Assembly: GCA_003697105.1 (NCBI GenBank)
Contig: RFFQ01000135.1
Location: 1 to 34,535, forward strand
DNA from: Gemmatimonadota bacterium
GTDB taxonomy: Bacteria; 4572-55; J002
DNA length: 34,535 nucleotides
Direction of reading: 5' to 3'
The notes under the pieces were generated by a model. It was not told the DNA's origin, ran no database searches, and saw nothing but the letters and a program-made list of their open reading frames with translations. A program made the translations under genes and the position numbers. Below, piece by piece: positions 7,323-15,929 of this stretch (position 1 is the first letter of the stretch; the number at the start of each line of letters is the position of its first letter).

Positions 7323-10300
7323 ATGGCAGATGCGGAAAAAATCATCCGAAAAGCCCTTCGTTTTAAAGAAAATAAGCAATTCGATAAAGCCACTGAAACC
7401 CTCCGTGATTTTCTCAAAGACCATGGTCATCATTTTGACGTCCTGTGGGAACTTGCCGCCATTTACTTTGAAAGTGGGCGGGAAAAATCCGGTGTGACCA
7501 CCTTACGGCAGGTTTTAAAGTCGTATCCCAGTAAAATTCAAGCCGTTTCTGCATTTTTGGAACGGGAATGGAAACATGCCCGGGATCCAGAATCATTGCT
7601 CTGGTTTTTGTGGGAAAATCAGATTCACCAGCGTGACTTTGATGAAGCCAATCGGGTGCTGGAACGGCTCGATACCCCCGCCATTCAAGAGCAATTAACG
7701 CACTATCGGGAAAATCTGCGTCACATTGAGGAATATAAAGACCCGACGAATTACGATGATAATGACATCGATACCTTCTATTATCTCGCGGAATTGCAAC
7801 GCCACCTCGGTCAGACGGAAGAAGCGTTGATCTCCATCCGCAAACTAATCGATCTCCGCCCCGCCGAGACCCAAAATATCAAGCAAATTTACGAAAAAGA
7901 ATATCACCGTAACCGGGAAGATGAACATACTAAGTCCATTCTCGGTGAAATCTATATGATGACGGATGATATTGAGAGTGCGGTGGAAGTCTTTCTTGAA
8001 ATTCCAGATAAAGATGCGAACCGGTTGCAGGACGCGGTGCATTTGCTGGAAAAAATGCTCCTCGATAAGCCCGATAATCCAGAGCTGCTCAAAGGGATGG
8101 CAAAGATACATCTAAAATTGGATAACATCTCTGGTGGCTTGGAGTATCTGGTCCGGGCGGCAATGATTGCCCCAGAAGCCGGTGAGGAAGTTCTGCTGGA
8201 ACTCGATAAACTGAATGGTGACCATGAGGTGGGTGTGTTGTATGCCCGCGGTCAAATTTACCAACTGCAAGGGAAGTATCAAGCTGCCATCGATGCCTAT
8301 CAGACTGTTTTAGAACGCGACCCGGCTTATGAAGCGGAAGTCTTAGCCAAACTGGCTGAAATTGCCGATCAAGATAACCAGAATTTAAATGCCTTGTTGA
8401 ATATGAGCGAGCTGGAGATTCAACGGGGTGAGTTTTCAAAAGCGTTACGTTGGCTCGACAAAGCCCGCCGGTTACGTCCGGACGAAATGGATGAGATCAT
8501 CCGCCAGCTCTTGAAAATTTTGCAGGTCGATGAAAGCCATCTGGAAGCACACCGGCGGTTAGGTGACATCTATACCGATCAGGGCGATTATGAGCGTGCA
8601 GTTGCTACCTATTTGCATCTAGCGGAAACCAATCCCGCCGAGGAATGCCGGGCGGTTGTAATCAAAGGTTTAGAGACGATCCACACCAAAAAGCCATCCC
8701 ATACAACCGTTTCATTGGAACTCGGTAAATTATATATCCGCCAAAAAAATTACCAAGAAGCCATCATGCGCCTGAGCGATGTCTTAAAGTATGCACCGGA
8801 TCAACTGAATGCCGTCATGCCGTTGATTACGGAAATCCTAAATAAAGACCGTAAGCAGGCAAGTATCGTAGCCCGAATGTATGAAAGTGTGGCACTGAAA
8901 ACGGGTATTGATGATACGTTGGTCGCATTGGCTTTGGCAAAAGCCTATGTTTACGAACGCCAATACGAACGGGCTACCCAGCAGTTGGAACGTGTGCTGG
9001 CACTTGATGAGAGCTACACGGATGCCGTAGTTCCTGTGTACCAGCAGATTTTGGATGAGAATCCTTCCCACCACGAAAGCCGACTCGCATTAGCCGATTT
9101 GTATATGCGCCAAGGGCAGTATCCGGCGGCAGTGGATGTTTTGCGCGCCGCCGCCCGTCACAACCAGAGCAGTTCCCAAATCATTGAGTTGTTTTATAGG
9201 ATTTTGGATCGAGAGGATAGTGATTATACCCGCCAAGCCTTGATCGAGACCCTCCACGAACGCAAATTAACCGACTTGACGATTCAAGAGTGCGAAAAGG
9301 TGATTCAAAAATCACCGGAGGCGGCTTATGCCTACGAAATCTTGGCGGATGCCCTGATTGAAAAGGGACATTTCACCCAATCCGTGGACCGGATGTATGC
9401 CTTGATGGCAATGGATGCCTCCACAGTGGATGTGGTCTTGGAAAAATGTGACCGTATCCTCAGTATTGATGAGACGAATGTTGCCGCCCGCTATTGCCGG
9501 GCAGAAGCCTTCATTAAAAAAGACCGTCTCGCAGATGCCGTTGATGAATTTATGCGGGTGCTGAAATATGATTCAGACCGGATTGAGGCGGTAATCGATC
9601 ATCTCAAGCGGGTGATTTCCCTCCAGCACACGAATGTGGACGCTCATCTGGCGTTAGGGGAAGTTTATCTCCAGAAAAATGATTACAATGAAGCCTCGCG
9701 GGCTTTCAGTACGGCACTGGAGCTTGATAGTGACCGGCTGGGGGAAGTGATTCGCAAATATTATCAAATTCTGAAACTCGATCCGGTGAATGTTACGGCG
9801 CATTTTATGCTGGGCAAAGCACTTATCAAAAAAGAAGAATATGCCAAAGCGGTTGAGCACCTTGATATGGCGCTGGAATTGGATTACCAGTTCATGGAGC
9901 CGGTCATGCGGGAGTACCAACGCGCGCTGGAACAGGACGCGAGCGTCCCGCAAACCCACTTGGCATTAGGCCAGATTTATGCCCAGAAAAATTTATATTC
10001 CTCGGCTATCGAACATTTCACCAAAACCTTGGAGTTAGATGCCAGTTTGGCAACACAGGTGATCGACCAGTATCAGGCAATACTCCTGAAGTCACCGGCT
10101 CAAGCCAAAGTCCGGTTCGCTCTAGGTAACGCATATATCGTGGATCAGGATTATCCGGCGGCAATCGAACAGATCGAAACTGCATTAAAGACCGACGAAA
10201 AATTACTGCCCCAAGCGATTGAAGCGTATGAATCCATCTTAGTGCGCGACCAGCAGAATGCGCGCGCATTATTGGCGCTGGCAAAAGGCTATGTTCAGCA

Positions 10301-11147
10301 GGGCAATTTTGAAAATGCGGCAACGCATTTGGTGCAAGTGGCCGATTTAGACCCGAATCAGACGGAAGCTATCATCGAAGGCTTGGAGATGATTTTGGAT
10401 GCAGACCCCAGTCAGGTGACTTCCCGTTTGTATCTCGGTGATATGTATTCCCGTAAAGGAGCGTATTCCAACGCCTTGGAGGAATTTCATAAAGCGTTGG
10501 ACCAAACGGAAGATGTCCACCAACGCGTAGAGTTGTATCTTCATATCGGCAATACCTATGTGGCATTACAAGATGACGCGCGGGCACGTCAGGCGTTTTT
10601 AAGTGCTCGTGAACTTGAACCCGAAAATAGTACCTTATACCAGCAGTTGCGTGAATTGTATTCCAAACGCACCGTCACACAGATTCAACTGTTGCGTAAG
10701 CAATTAGAAGCCATGCCTACCGATCCCGCTACACGGTTGGAGTTAATTCGGCGATTGCGTGAAGCTCATCAATATGATGAAGCGATTCAAGTGGCTCAAT
10801 TTAAGGGTATTGACGCCTCGACAGAAGCTCAACGGCTACTGGAATTAGGGCGTTGCTTTTTAGAAAGAGGTGATTATTATACGGCTATTGAGGTACTCTC
10901 AGGTGTGCCGGTTGAGGGCGCATATTTAGACCGTACCGCCTTAGCCCGATTGTATTATCAGGCGATCGCGTATGAGCGCGTTGGTCTCTATCAACACGCT
11001 ATTTCCCTGCTGGAACACATCCAGCGGGTGGATATGGCGTATGCCGATGTACCGGATCGAATCCAACACAACTTTCTTCAACATGCCAAAGGGCATGTGA
11101 AAACAGTTGACTATTCGATTCAAATCATACCAGCAACAATACCCTGA
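7323..11147 (+). CDS. Giant tetratricopeptide-repeat protein (1274 aa), probably cytoplasmic
   Basis: Continuous TPR-like helical pairs (AHRRLGDIYTDQGDYERAV, AHLALGEVYLQKNDYNEA, AHFMLGKALIKKEEYAKA, THLALGQIYAQKNLYSSA). No signal peptide, TM helix or catalytic motif seen. Confidence 0.9.
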   Translation: MADAEKIIRKALRFKENKQFDKATETLRDFLKDHGHHFDVLWELAAIYFESGREKSGVTTLRQVLKSYPSKIQAVSAFLEREWKHARDPESLLWFLWENQIHQRDFDEANRVLERLDTPAIQEQLTHYRENLRHIEEYKDPTNYDDNDIDTFYYLAELQRHLGQTEEALISIRKLIDLRPAETQNIKQIYEKEYHRNREDEHTKSILGEIYMMTDDIESAVEVFLEIPDKDANRLQDAVHLLEKMLLDKPDNPELLKGMAKIHLKLDNISGGLEYLVRAAMIAPEAGEEVLLELDKLNGDHEVGVLYARGQIYQLQGKYQAAIDAYQTVLERDPAYEAEVLAKLAEIADQDNQNLNALLNMSELEIQRGEFSKALRWLDKARRLRPDEMDEIIRQLLKILQVDESHLEAHRRLGDIYTDQGDYERAVATYLHLAETNPAEECRAVVIKGLETIHTKKPSHTTVSLELGKLYIRQKNYQEAIMRLSDVLKYAPDQLNAVMPLITEILNKDRKQASIVARMYESVALKTGIDDTLVALALAKAYVYERQYERATQQLERVLALDESYTDAVVPVYQQILDENPSHHESRLALADLYMRQGQYPAAVDVLRAAARHNQSSSQIIELFYRILDREDSDYTRQALIETLHERKLTDLTIQECEKVIQKSPEAAYAYEILADALIEKGHFTQSVDRMYALMAMDASTVDVVLEKCDRILSIDETNVAARYCRAEAFIKKDRLADAVDEFMRVLKYDSDRIEAVIDHLKRVISLQHTNVDAHLALGEVYLQKNDYNEASRAFSTALELDSDRLGEVIRKYYQILKLDPVNVTAHFMLGKALIKKEEYAKAVEHLDMALELDYQFMEPVMREYQRALEQDASVPQTHLALGQIYAQKNLYSSAIEHFTKTLELDASLATQVIDQYQAILLKSPAQAKVRFALGNAYIVDQDYPAAIEQIETALKTDEKLLPQAIEAYESILVRDQQNARALLALAKGYVQQGNFENAATHLVQVADLDPNQTEAIIEGLEMILDADPSQVTSRLYLGDMYSRKGAYSNALEEFHKALDQTEDVHQRVELYLHIGNTYVALQDDARARQAFLSARELEPENSTLYQQLRELYSKRTVTQIQLLRKQLEAMPTDPATRLELIRRLREAHQYDEAIQVAQFKGIDASTEAQRLLELGRCFLERGDYYTAIEVLSGVPVEGAYLDRTALARLYYQAIAYERVGLYQHAISLLEHIQRVDMAYADVPDRIQHNFLQHAKGHVKTVDYSIQIIPATIP

Positions 11148-11226
11148 TGTTGGCTATCATGCTCCCATCACGGGTGTTGTTTTTACGTTCAACCATTTAC
11201 ATTTTTGGAAAAGAAAGGGTGTATTC

Positions 11227-11787
11227 ATGGAAACAATCATCACGGCGAGACATTTTGAATTGACCGATGAACTTCGGTCGCATGTGGAATCTGAGATGGA
11301 ACGGTTGCGTAATCATTCGCGAAAGTTGCACCGTGCCCATGTGATTTTGGAGATCGAACCTCATGGAAATCGTCAAATTGCCGAGATCAATCTGCATGCG
11401 AATTCCACGCAATATGTCGCCAAGTCAGAATCTCATGATATGTATGTTTCCATTGATGAGGTATTGGAAAAATTGAAGCGTCAATTGGAAAAACACCGGG
11501 ATAAAGTGATAGACCACCGGCATCGGGGTGCACATACCACGAAAGATTTAAAAGAAGAATATGCACCGGAGATGTATGATTATTCCGAATACGATACCGA
11601 CCTACCCGAAATTGTGGAGGTAGAGTACGATTTGCAGAAACCGATGTCCATTGAAGAAGCCGCATTACAGCTTAAGATGAGTCCGAATTTGTTTTTGGTG
11701 TTTATGAATGCTAAAACGGGACGGTTGAATGTTATCTTTCGCCGTAAAGATAATACCTTTGGGTTGATCCAACCGCAACGGCATTAA
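11227..11787 (+). CDS. hpf: Ribosome hibernation promoting factor, long form
   Basis: METIITARHFELTDELRSHV...DMYVSIDEVLEKLKRQLEKHRDK N-domain plus KPMSIEEAALQL...FLVFMNA...NVIFRRKDNTFGLI C-terminal S30EA domain. Start moved to ATG 11227 (GAAAGGG upstream). Confidence 0.93.
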   Translation: METIITARHFELTDELRSHVESEMERLRNHSRKLHRAHVILEIEPHGNRQIAEINLHANSTQYVAKSESHDMYVSIDEVLEKLKRQLEKHRDKVIDHRHRGAHTTKDLKEEYAPEMYDYSEYDTDLPEIVEVEYDLQKPMSIEEAALQLKMSPNLFLVFMNAKTGRLNVIFRRKDNTFGLIQPQRH

Positions 11788-11808
11788 ACAAATGTGTTCA
11801 TGAAAATA

Positions 11809-11843
11809 ACATCGGGAATCAGATTACTCTTGATTCCCGATGT
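11809..11843 (+). terminator. Strong hairpin between hpf and hprK (terminator or mRNA stabiliser)
   Basis: ACATCGGGAATCA and TGATTCCCGATGT form a perfect 13-bp stem with a 9-nt loop; weak U-tail (CTGTTTG). Confidence 0.6.
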
Positions 11844-11864
11844 CTGTTTGAAAAAGGCAAAATC

Positions 11865-12875
11865 ATGATAAATTATGAAGCGTCGGATTCACCGAGTGCT
11901 TTTTTTGCTAATGTAGAGCAGGAAGAGGTGTTCACCGTTGGCGATATGTATAACCGCTGGGGTAATACGCTCAAGCTCCGATTGTTGACCAATCAGGGGG
12001 GCTTAAAAAAACGAATTGTAAATAGTGAATTGGATCGACCCGGTCTGGCGCTCAGTGGGTATATTGAACGGTTTGCCTATCGTCGTATCCAGATTTTAGG
12101 GCAAACGGAGATGTCCTTTCTGTATAGCTTACCCCCGGAAAAGCAACGGCAAGCTGTTTATAATATTGTCCGCTTTCCGGCAGTACCGTGTATTATTGTT
12201 TGTAAAAAACTACATGTACCTTCTAAAATTTTGGAAGTGGCGAACTCACAAGGTACCGCCATCTTGCAAAGTGAACTTTCGACGGTTGACTTACAGGATC
12301 AACTCCAAAAACATCTGGAGTTTATCTTTGCGAAGCAGATACTTATTCATGGCGCTATGGTGGACGTTTACGGGGTCGGTATGTTGATTACCGGTGACGC
12401 AGGAGTCGGCAAAAGCGAATGTGCACTTGATCTGGTTGAACGAGGACACCGGTTTGTGGCGGATGACGTCGTGGTAGTTAAAAAACTGCAATTAAATACC
12501 GTCACGGCATTTGCCAATTCCCGTATCAAGCATTATATGGAAATTCGGGGATTGGGTATTATCAATGTCAAAGATTTATTCGGTATTTGGGCGGTACGAA
12601 CCCAAAAAGATGTCGATATTGTGATGAATTTATTTCGGTGGGATGGCATGAGCAATATGGACCGGGCAAACGTTGACCATAAAGTCCAAATGATTTTGGA
12701 TGTTCCCATTCGGAAGATTAGCATCCCGGTGACCTCCGGGAAAAATATGACGGTCATCTCGGAAGTAATTGCCATGAATTTCTTACGTGAAAAAATTGAA
12801 GGTATTAGTACTTCAGATGAATTTTCTAAGAATTTAACCCGAAATATGGAACACCAACGAGCGATGCAATGGTAG
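11865..12875 (+). CDS. hprK: HPr(Ser) kinase/phosphorylase
   Basis: RPGLALSG, RIQILGQTE, HGAMVDVYGVGMLITGDAGVGKSECALDLVERGHRFVADD (Walker A), MEIRGLGIINV signature. Confidence 0.97.
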   Translation: MINYEASDSPSAFFANVEQEEVFTVGDMYNRWGNTLKLRLLTNQGGLKKRIVNSELDRPGLALSGYIERFAYRRIQILGQTEMSFLYSLPPEKQRQAVYNIVRFPAVPCIIVCKKLHVPSKILEVANSQGTAILQSELSTVDLQDQLQKHLEFIFAKQILIHGAMVDVYGVGMLITGDAGVGKSECALDLVERGHRFVADDVVVVKKLQLNTVTAFANSRIKHYMEIRGLGIINVKDLFGIWAVRTQKDVDIVMNLFRWDGMSNMDRANVDHKVQMILDVPIRKISIPVTSGKNMTVISEVIAMNFLREKIEGISTSDEFSKNLTRNMEHQRAMQW

Positions 12876-13135
12876 AACTCACCGCAATTATTCAAAACCG
12901 AATGGGTATGCATATGCGACCCGCCGATCAGATTGTTCGTACGGCTTCCAAATATGATTCCACAATTAAGTTGATTAAAGATGGGGTGGGAGTAAATGCC
13001 AAAAGTATTTTGGGAGTGTTGATGCTGGAAGCGGGCAAAGGTTCGGAAATTACCATTCAAGCAGATGGGGTTGACGAGCAAGATGCGGTTGACGCCATCA
13101 AAGAATTGATCGATAACAAATTTTATGAGGAATAA
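12869..13135 (+). CDS. ptsH: Phosphocarrier protein HPr
   Basis: GMHMRPA (His15 site) and NAKSILGVLML (Ser46 site), ADGVDEQDA; overlaps the hprK stop. Confidence 0.96.
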   Translation: MVELTAIIQNRMGMHMRPADQIVRTASKYDSTIKLIKDGVGVNAKSILGVLMLEAGKGSEITIQADGVDEQDAVDAIKELIDNKFYEE

Positions 13136-13146
13136 TATTTTTCAGT

Positions 13147-13974
13147 ATGGGTCTGCGATGGGGCTATAACACGAATGGTTTTGCGAACCATACGCTGAAT
13201 GCGGCATTGGATATTATCGCTGATTTGGGTTATGCGGGTGTGGCACTGACACTCGATAATTATCATTGTAATCCCTATGCACCGGACGCCGCTACCCAAA
13301 TCCAACAGACGAAAGCTCAACTTCAGCGGCGCCAGTTGGCGTGCGTGATTGAAACCGGTGCCCGCTTTTTATTGAACCCTAAACAAAAACATGAACCCAC
13401 GTTGATTAGTTTGGTGGGACGCGAACAGCGTATTGACTTTTTAAAAGCGGCGATTGATTTGGCAGTGACCCTAAACGCCGAAGCCGTTTCCTTTTGGTCG
13501 GGTGCGAATCATGCCCAGCTACCGGAAGATCAGGCGTGGGATTTGCTCGTTGAAGGATGCCGGCGGGTCGCACAATATGCGTTGGCACGGGATGTGACCC
13601 TCGGGTTTGAACCTGAACCGGGCATGTTTATTGAAACCCTTGAGCAATATAGCCGACTCGCGGCGGAAGTGAATACTCCTAACTTCCGCTTAACGCTTGA
13701 TATTGGTCATATTTTTTGTACGGAGACCGATGCTGCTCCAAACCTGATCCGCCAGTATGCCGGTCACATTGTCAATATTCATATTGAAGATATAAAAGAT
13801 CGGGTTCACCAGCACTTGATGTTTGGTGAGGGTACCATCCCGTTTGAACCGGTTCTCCAAACCCTGAATGAGATTGGCTATGCCGGTTTAGTTAATGTGG
13901 AATTAAGCCGGCATAGCCACATGGCACCCGTGGCGGCAGAACGAGCTATTCATTTTTTGAATCAGTTTATATAA
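13147..13974 (+). CDS. Sugar phosphate isomerase/epimerase, xylose-isomerase-like TIM barrel
   Basis: Metal ligands in FEPEPG, LDIGH, HIED and ELSRH; GYNTNGF and IETGARFLLNP..KHEP motifs. Confidence 0.85.
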   Translation: MGLRWGYNTNGFANHTLNAALDIIADLGYAGVALTLDNYHCNPYAPDAATQIQQTKAQLQRRQLACVIETGARFLLNPKQKHEPTLISLVGREQRIDFLKAAIDLAVTLNAEAVSFWSGANHAQLPEDQAWDLLVEGCRRVAQYALARDVTLGFEPEPGMFIETLEQYSRLAAEVNTPNFRLTLDIGHIFCTETDAAPNLIRQYAGHIVNIHIEDIKDRVHQHLMFGEGTIPFEPVLQTLNEIGYAGLVNVELSRHSHMAPVAAERAIHFLNQFI

Positions 13975-14008
13975 TCTTTTTCATTGAAAGTTTGGGGAAA
14001 TCTTTTTC

Positions 14009-14037
14009 TTGACAAGGGCTAGAATTGCAGGTATAAT
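14009..14037 (+). promoter_or_regulatory. Perfect consensus sigma70 promoter
   Basis: TTGACA (14009-14014), 17-nt spacer, TATAAT (14032-14037). Confidence 0.85.
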
Positions 14038-14089
14038 CGTTTTAGCCTATTCCTCTCGACAATTGTTCTTGTTAAAGGTCGTTGCGCTG

Positions 14090-15001
14090 ATGTACGTTAA
14101 ATTTTGGGGTGTTCGTGGATCATATCCAATTGCCCGGCCCGATAATACCCACTTTGGGGGAAATACCCCCTGTATTGAAATCAAAACGAAATCCGGTGGT
14201 CACATCATTATTGATGGCGGTACCGGTATTCGCCCCTTGGGTAAGGAGTTGGTCAAAGCCGGCCCCTTTCGGGACGGTAAAGGCAGTTTATCCATCCTAA
14301 TGAGCCATACCCACTGGGACCATATTGTCGGTTTCCCGTTCTTCAAACCGTTTGATTTGGTGGGGAATACTTTCACAATTTATGCCGCTCGCCTCGATTT
14401 TATCACGCTGAAAAGTATTTTTGAAGGCTTCCAGAATTCGGTCTATTTCCCCGTTCCATTTGAGACCCTTTCCGCTTCCATTCAATTCAAAGAGATTCGT
14501 CCAGATATGACCTTTAAGGTCGAAGGTGCAACCGTAACTACCATGCAATTGAATCACCCGAATGTGACGTTGGGCTATCGCATTGATGACGGGGAGCATG
14601 TGTTTACCATTCTTTCCGATAATGCACGGATTGAGGCGGTTCAGCAAGGACAAGGTCGAGAAAATATTCCACCGGATAAATTAGATGCCTTTAAGCAAGC
14701 ATTTCGGGCTCAGATGATCGATATGGCATGGGAAGCTGACGTGCTCGTTTACGATACCATGTTTACCAAGGAATCCATCAAAGGACGGGAACATTGGGGA
14801 CATTCCAGCCCCGAAGATGGTGTTTCCGTCGGTGAAGCGGCGAAGTGTAAACGGCTCATTTTGTTCCATCATGATACGGAAGAGAATGACGAAGCCGTTC
14901 GCCGTAAAGAGATTGATGCGAATTTGTTGAGTACAGACAACCTGACGGTGTACGCCGCTTATGAAGGCATGGAATTTCGGCTTGGGAAAGGGTCCGGATG
15001 A
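14090..15001 (+). CDS. MBL-fold metallo-hydrolase (TaR3-like / RNase Z-like phosphodiesterase group), copy 1
   Basis: MYVKFWGVRGS, GGNTPC, DGGTG, SHTHWDH, HP, WGHS, LFHHD. Start moved to ATG 14090 because the track's TTG start is the -35 box. Confidence 0.9.
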   Translation: MYVKFWGVRGSYPIARPDNTHFGGNTPCIEIKTKSGGHIIIDGGTGIRPLGKELVKAGPFRDGKGSLSILMSHTHWDHIVGFPFFKPFDLVGNTFTIYAARLDFITLKSIFEGFQNSVYFPVPFETLSASIQFKEIRPDMTFKVEGATVTTMQLNHPNVTLGYRIDDGEHVFTILSDNARIEAVQQGQGRENIPPDKLDAFKQAFRAQMIDMAWEADVLVYDTMFTKESIKGREHWGHSSPEDGVSVGEAAKCKRLILFHHDTEENDEAVRRKEIDANLLSTDNLTVYAAYEGMEFRLGKGSG

Positions 15002-15834
15002 TGAAGATCAAAGTATGGGGCGCTCGAGGTGACATCGTTGCGCCCGGACCGGAAACCGTAAAATATGGTGGAAACACAACGTGTATTGAAGTGCTATCTT
15101 CTACGGGAGAGCGGCTGATTCTGGATGCGGGCATTGGGATTACCCGGCTCGGACTCCACTTGATCCCCCCTAAAGATACCACCGAACCCAAAGATTTCCA
15201 TATTTTACTCTCGCATTCCCACATTGATCACATCCAAGGGTTCGTCTTTTTCCCACCAATTTTTTCACCCCATAGCGTGATTTATCTTTATTGCCCACAA
15301 GGCTCACACCGCACCTTGTCAAGCGTTATTAGAGGTCTATTTGCGACGCAATATTCCCCGTTGGAAGATGTTTCCAATCTGCCCTCTAAAATTCAGTTTA
15401 TCGAAGAGACATCCGCCTTGATCCATATCCCGCCATTTGAAGTTGAACAAATTCGGGTGGACCACCCCGGGGATTGTTATGCTTACCTAATTAAAGAAGG
15501 GGAGACCGCAATCTTGTTTGCCACAGATCATGAGGCTCGGGATAACGAGATCAATAAAAATCTAATTGAAAAGGGAAAAAACGTAAACCTGCTGTTGCAT
15601 GACGCTCAACTAACCCCTGCTGAGTATCAACAAAAGATAGGTTGGGGGCATAGTTCGTACCCGAATGCCGTCGAAAATGCTCGCCAAATGGGCGCTAAAA
15701 AACTCATGTTGATTAGCCATGACCCCGATCGTACGGATAATGAGATGGACCAAATTGTGATGGATGCCAACCGGTTGGCAAATGGTGAATTTGAAGTTGT
15801 CGCGGCAATGGAAGGACATGTGTACAAGGTTTGA
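14998..15834 (+). CDS. MBL-fold metallo-hydrolase (same group), copy 2
   Basis: KIKVWGARG, YGGNTTC, DAGIG, SHSHIDH, HPG, TDHE, HDAQ, WGHS, SHDP; ATGA overlap with copy 1. Confidence 0.9.
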   Translation: MMKIKVWGARGDIVAPGPETVKYGGNTTCIEVLSSTGERLILDAGIGITRLGLHLIPPKDTTEPKDFHILLSHSHIDHIQGFVFFPPIFSPHSVIYLYCPQGSHRTLSSVIRGLFATQYSPLEDVSNLPSKIQFIEETSALIHIPPFEVEQIRVDHPGDCYAYLIKEGETAILFATDHEARDNEINKNLIEKGKNVNLLLHDAQLTPAEYQQKIGWGHSSYPNAVENARQMGAKKLMLISHDPDRTDNEMDQIVMDANRLANGEFEVVAAMEGHVYKV

Positions 15835-15858
15835 TCGTCGCACTGAATATGGATGGTC

Positions 15859-15904
15859 ACGCTCAAAATACCGTTGTAACATTAGCTGGTTTTTGAGCGT
15901 TTTT
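15859..15904 (+). terminator. Long hairpin with U-tail between the MBL pair and nadE
   Basis: ACGCTCAAAA (15859-15868) pairs with TTTTGAGCGT (15891-15900), with inner ACC/GGT pairing, followed by TTTT. Confidence 0.55.
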
Positions 15905-15929
15905 CATTTTTAAATGGAGATCATGACAA

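Noticed and set aside
11107-11226. N-terminal extension of HPF in the ORF track
   Set aside because: Overlaps the TPR gene; the family-like sequence starts at METIITARH (11227).
14009-14089. 27-aa N-terminal extension of the first MBL protein
   Set aside because: The TTG is the -35 hexamer of the promoter and would not be transcribed.
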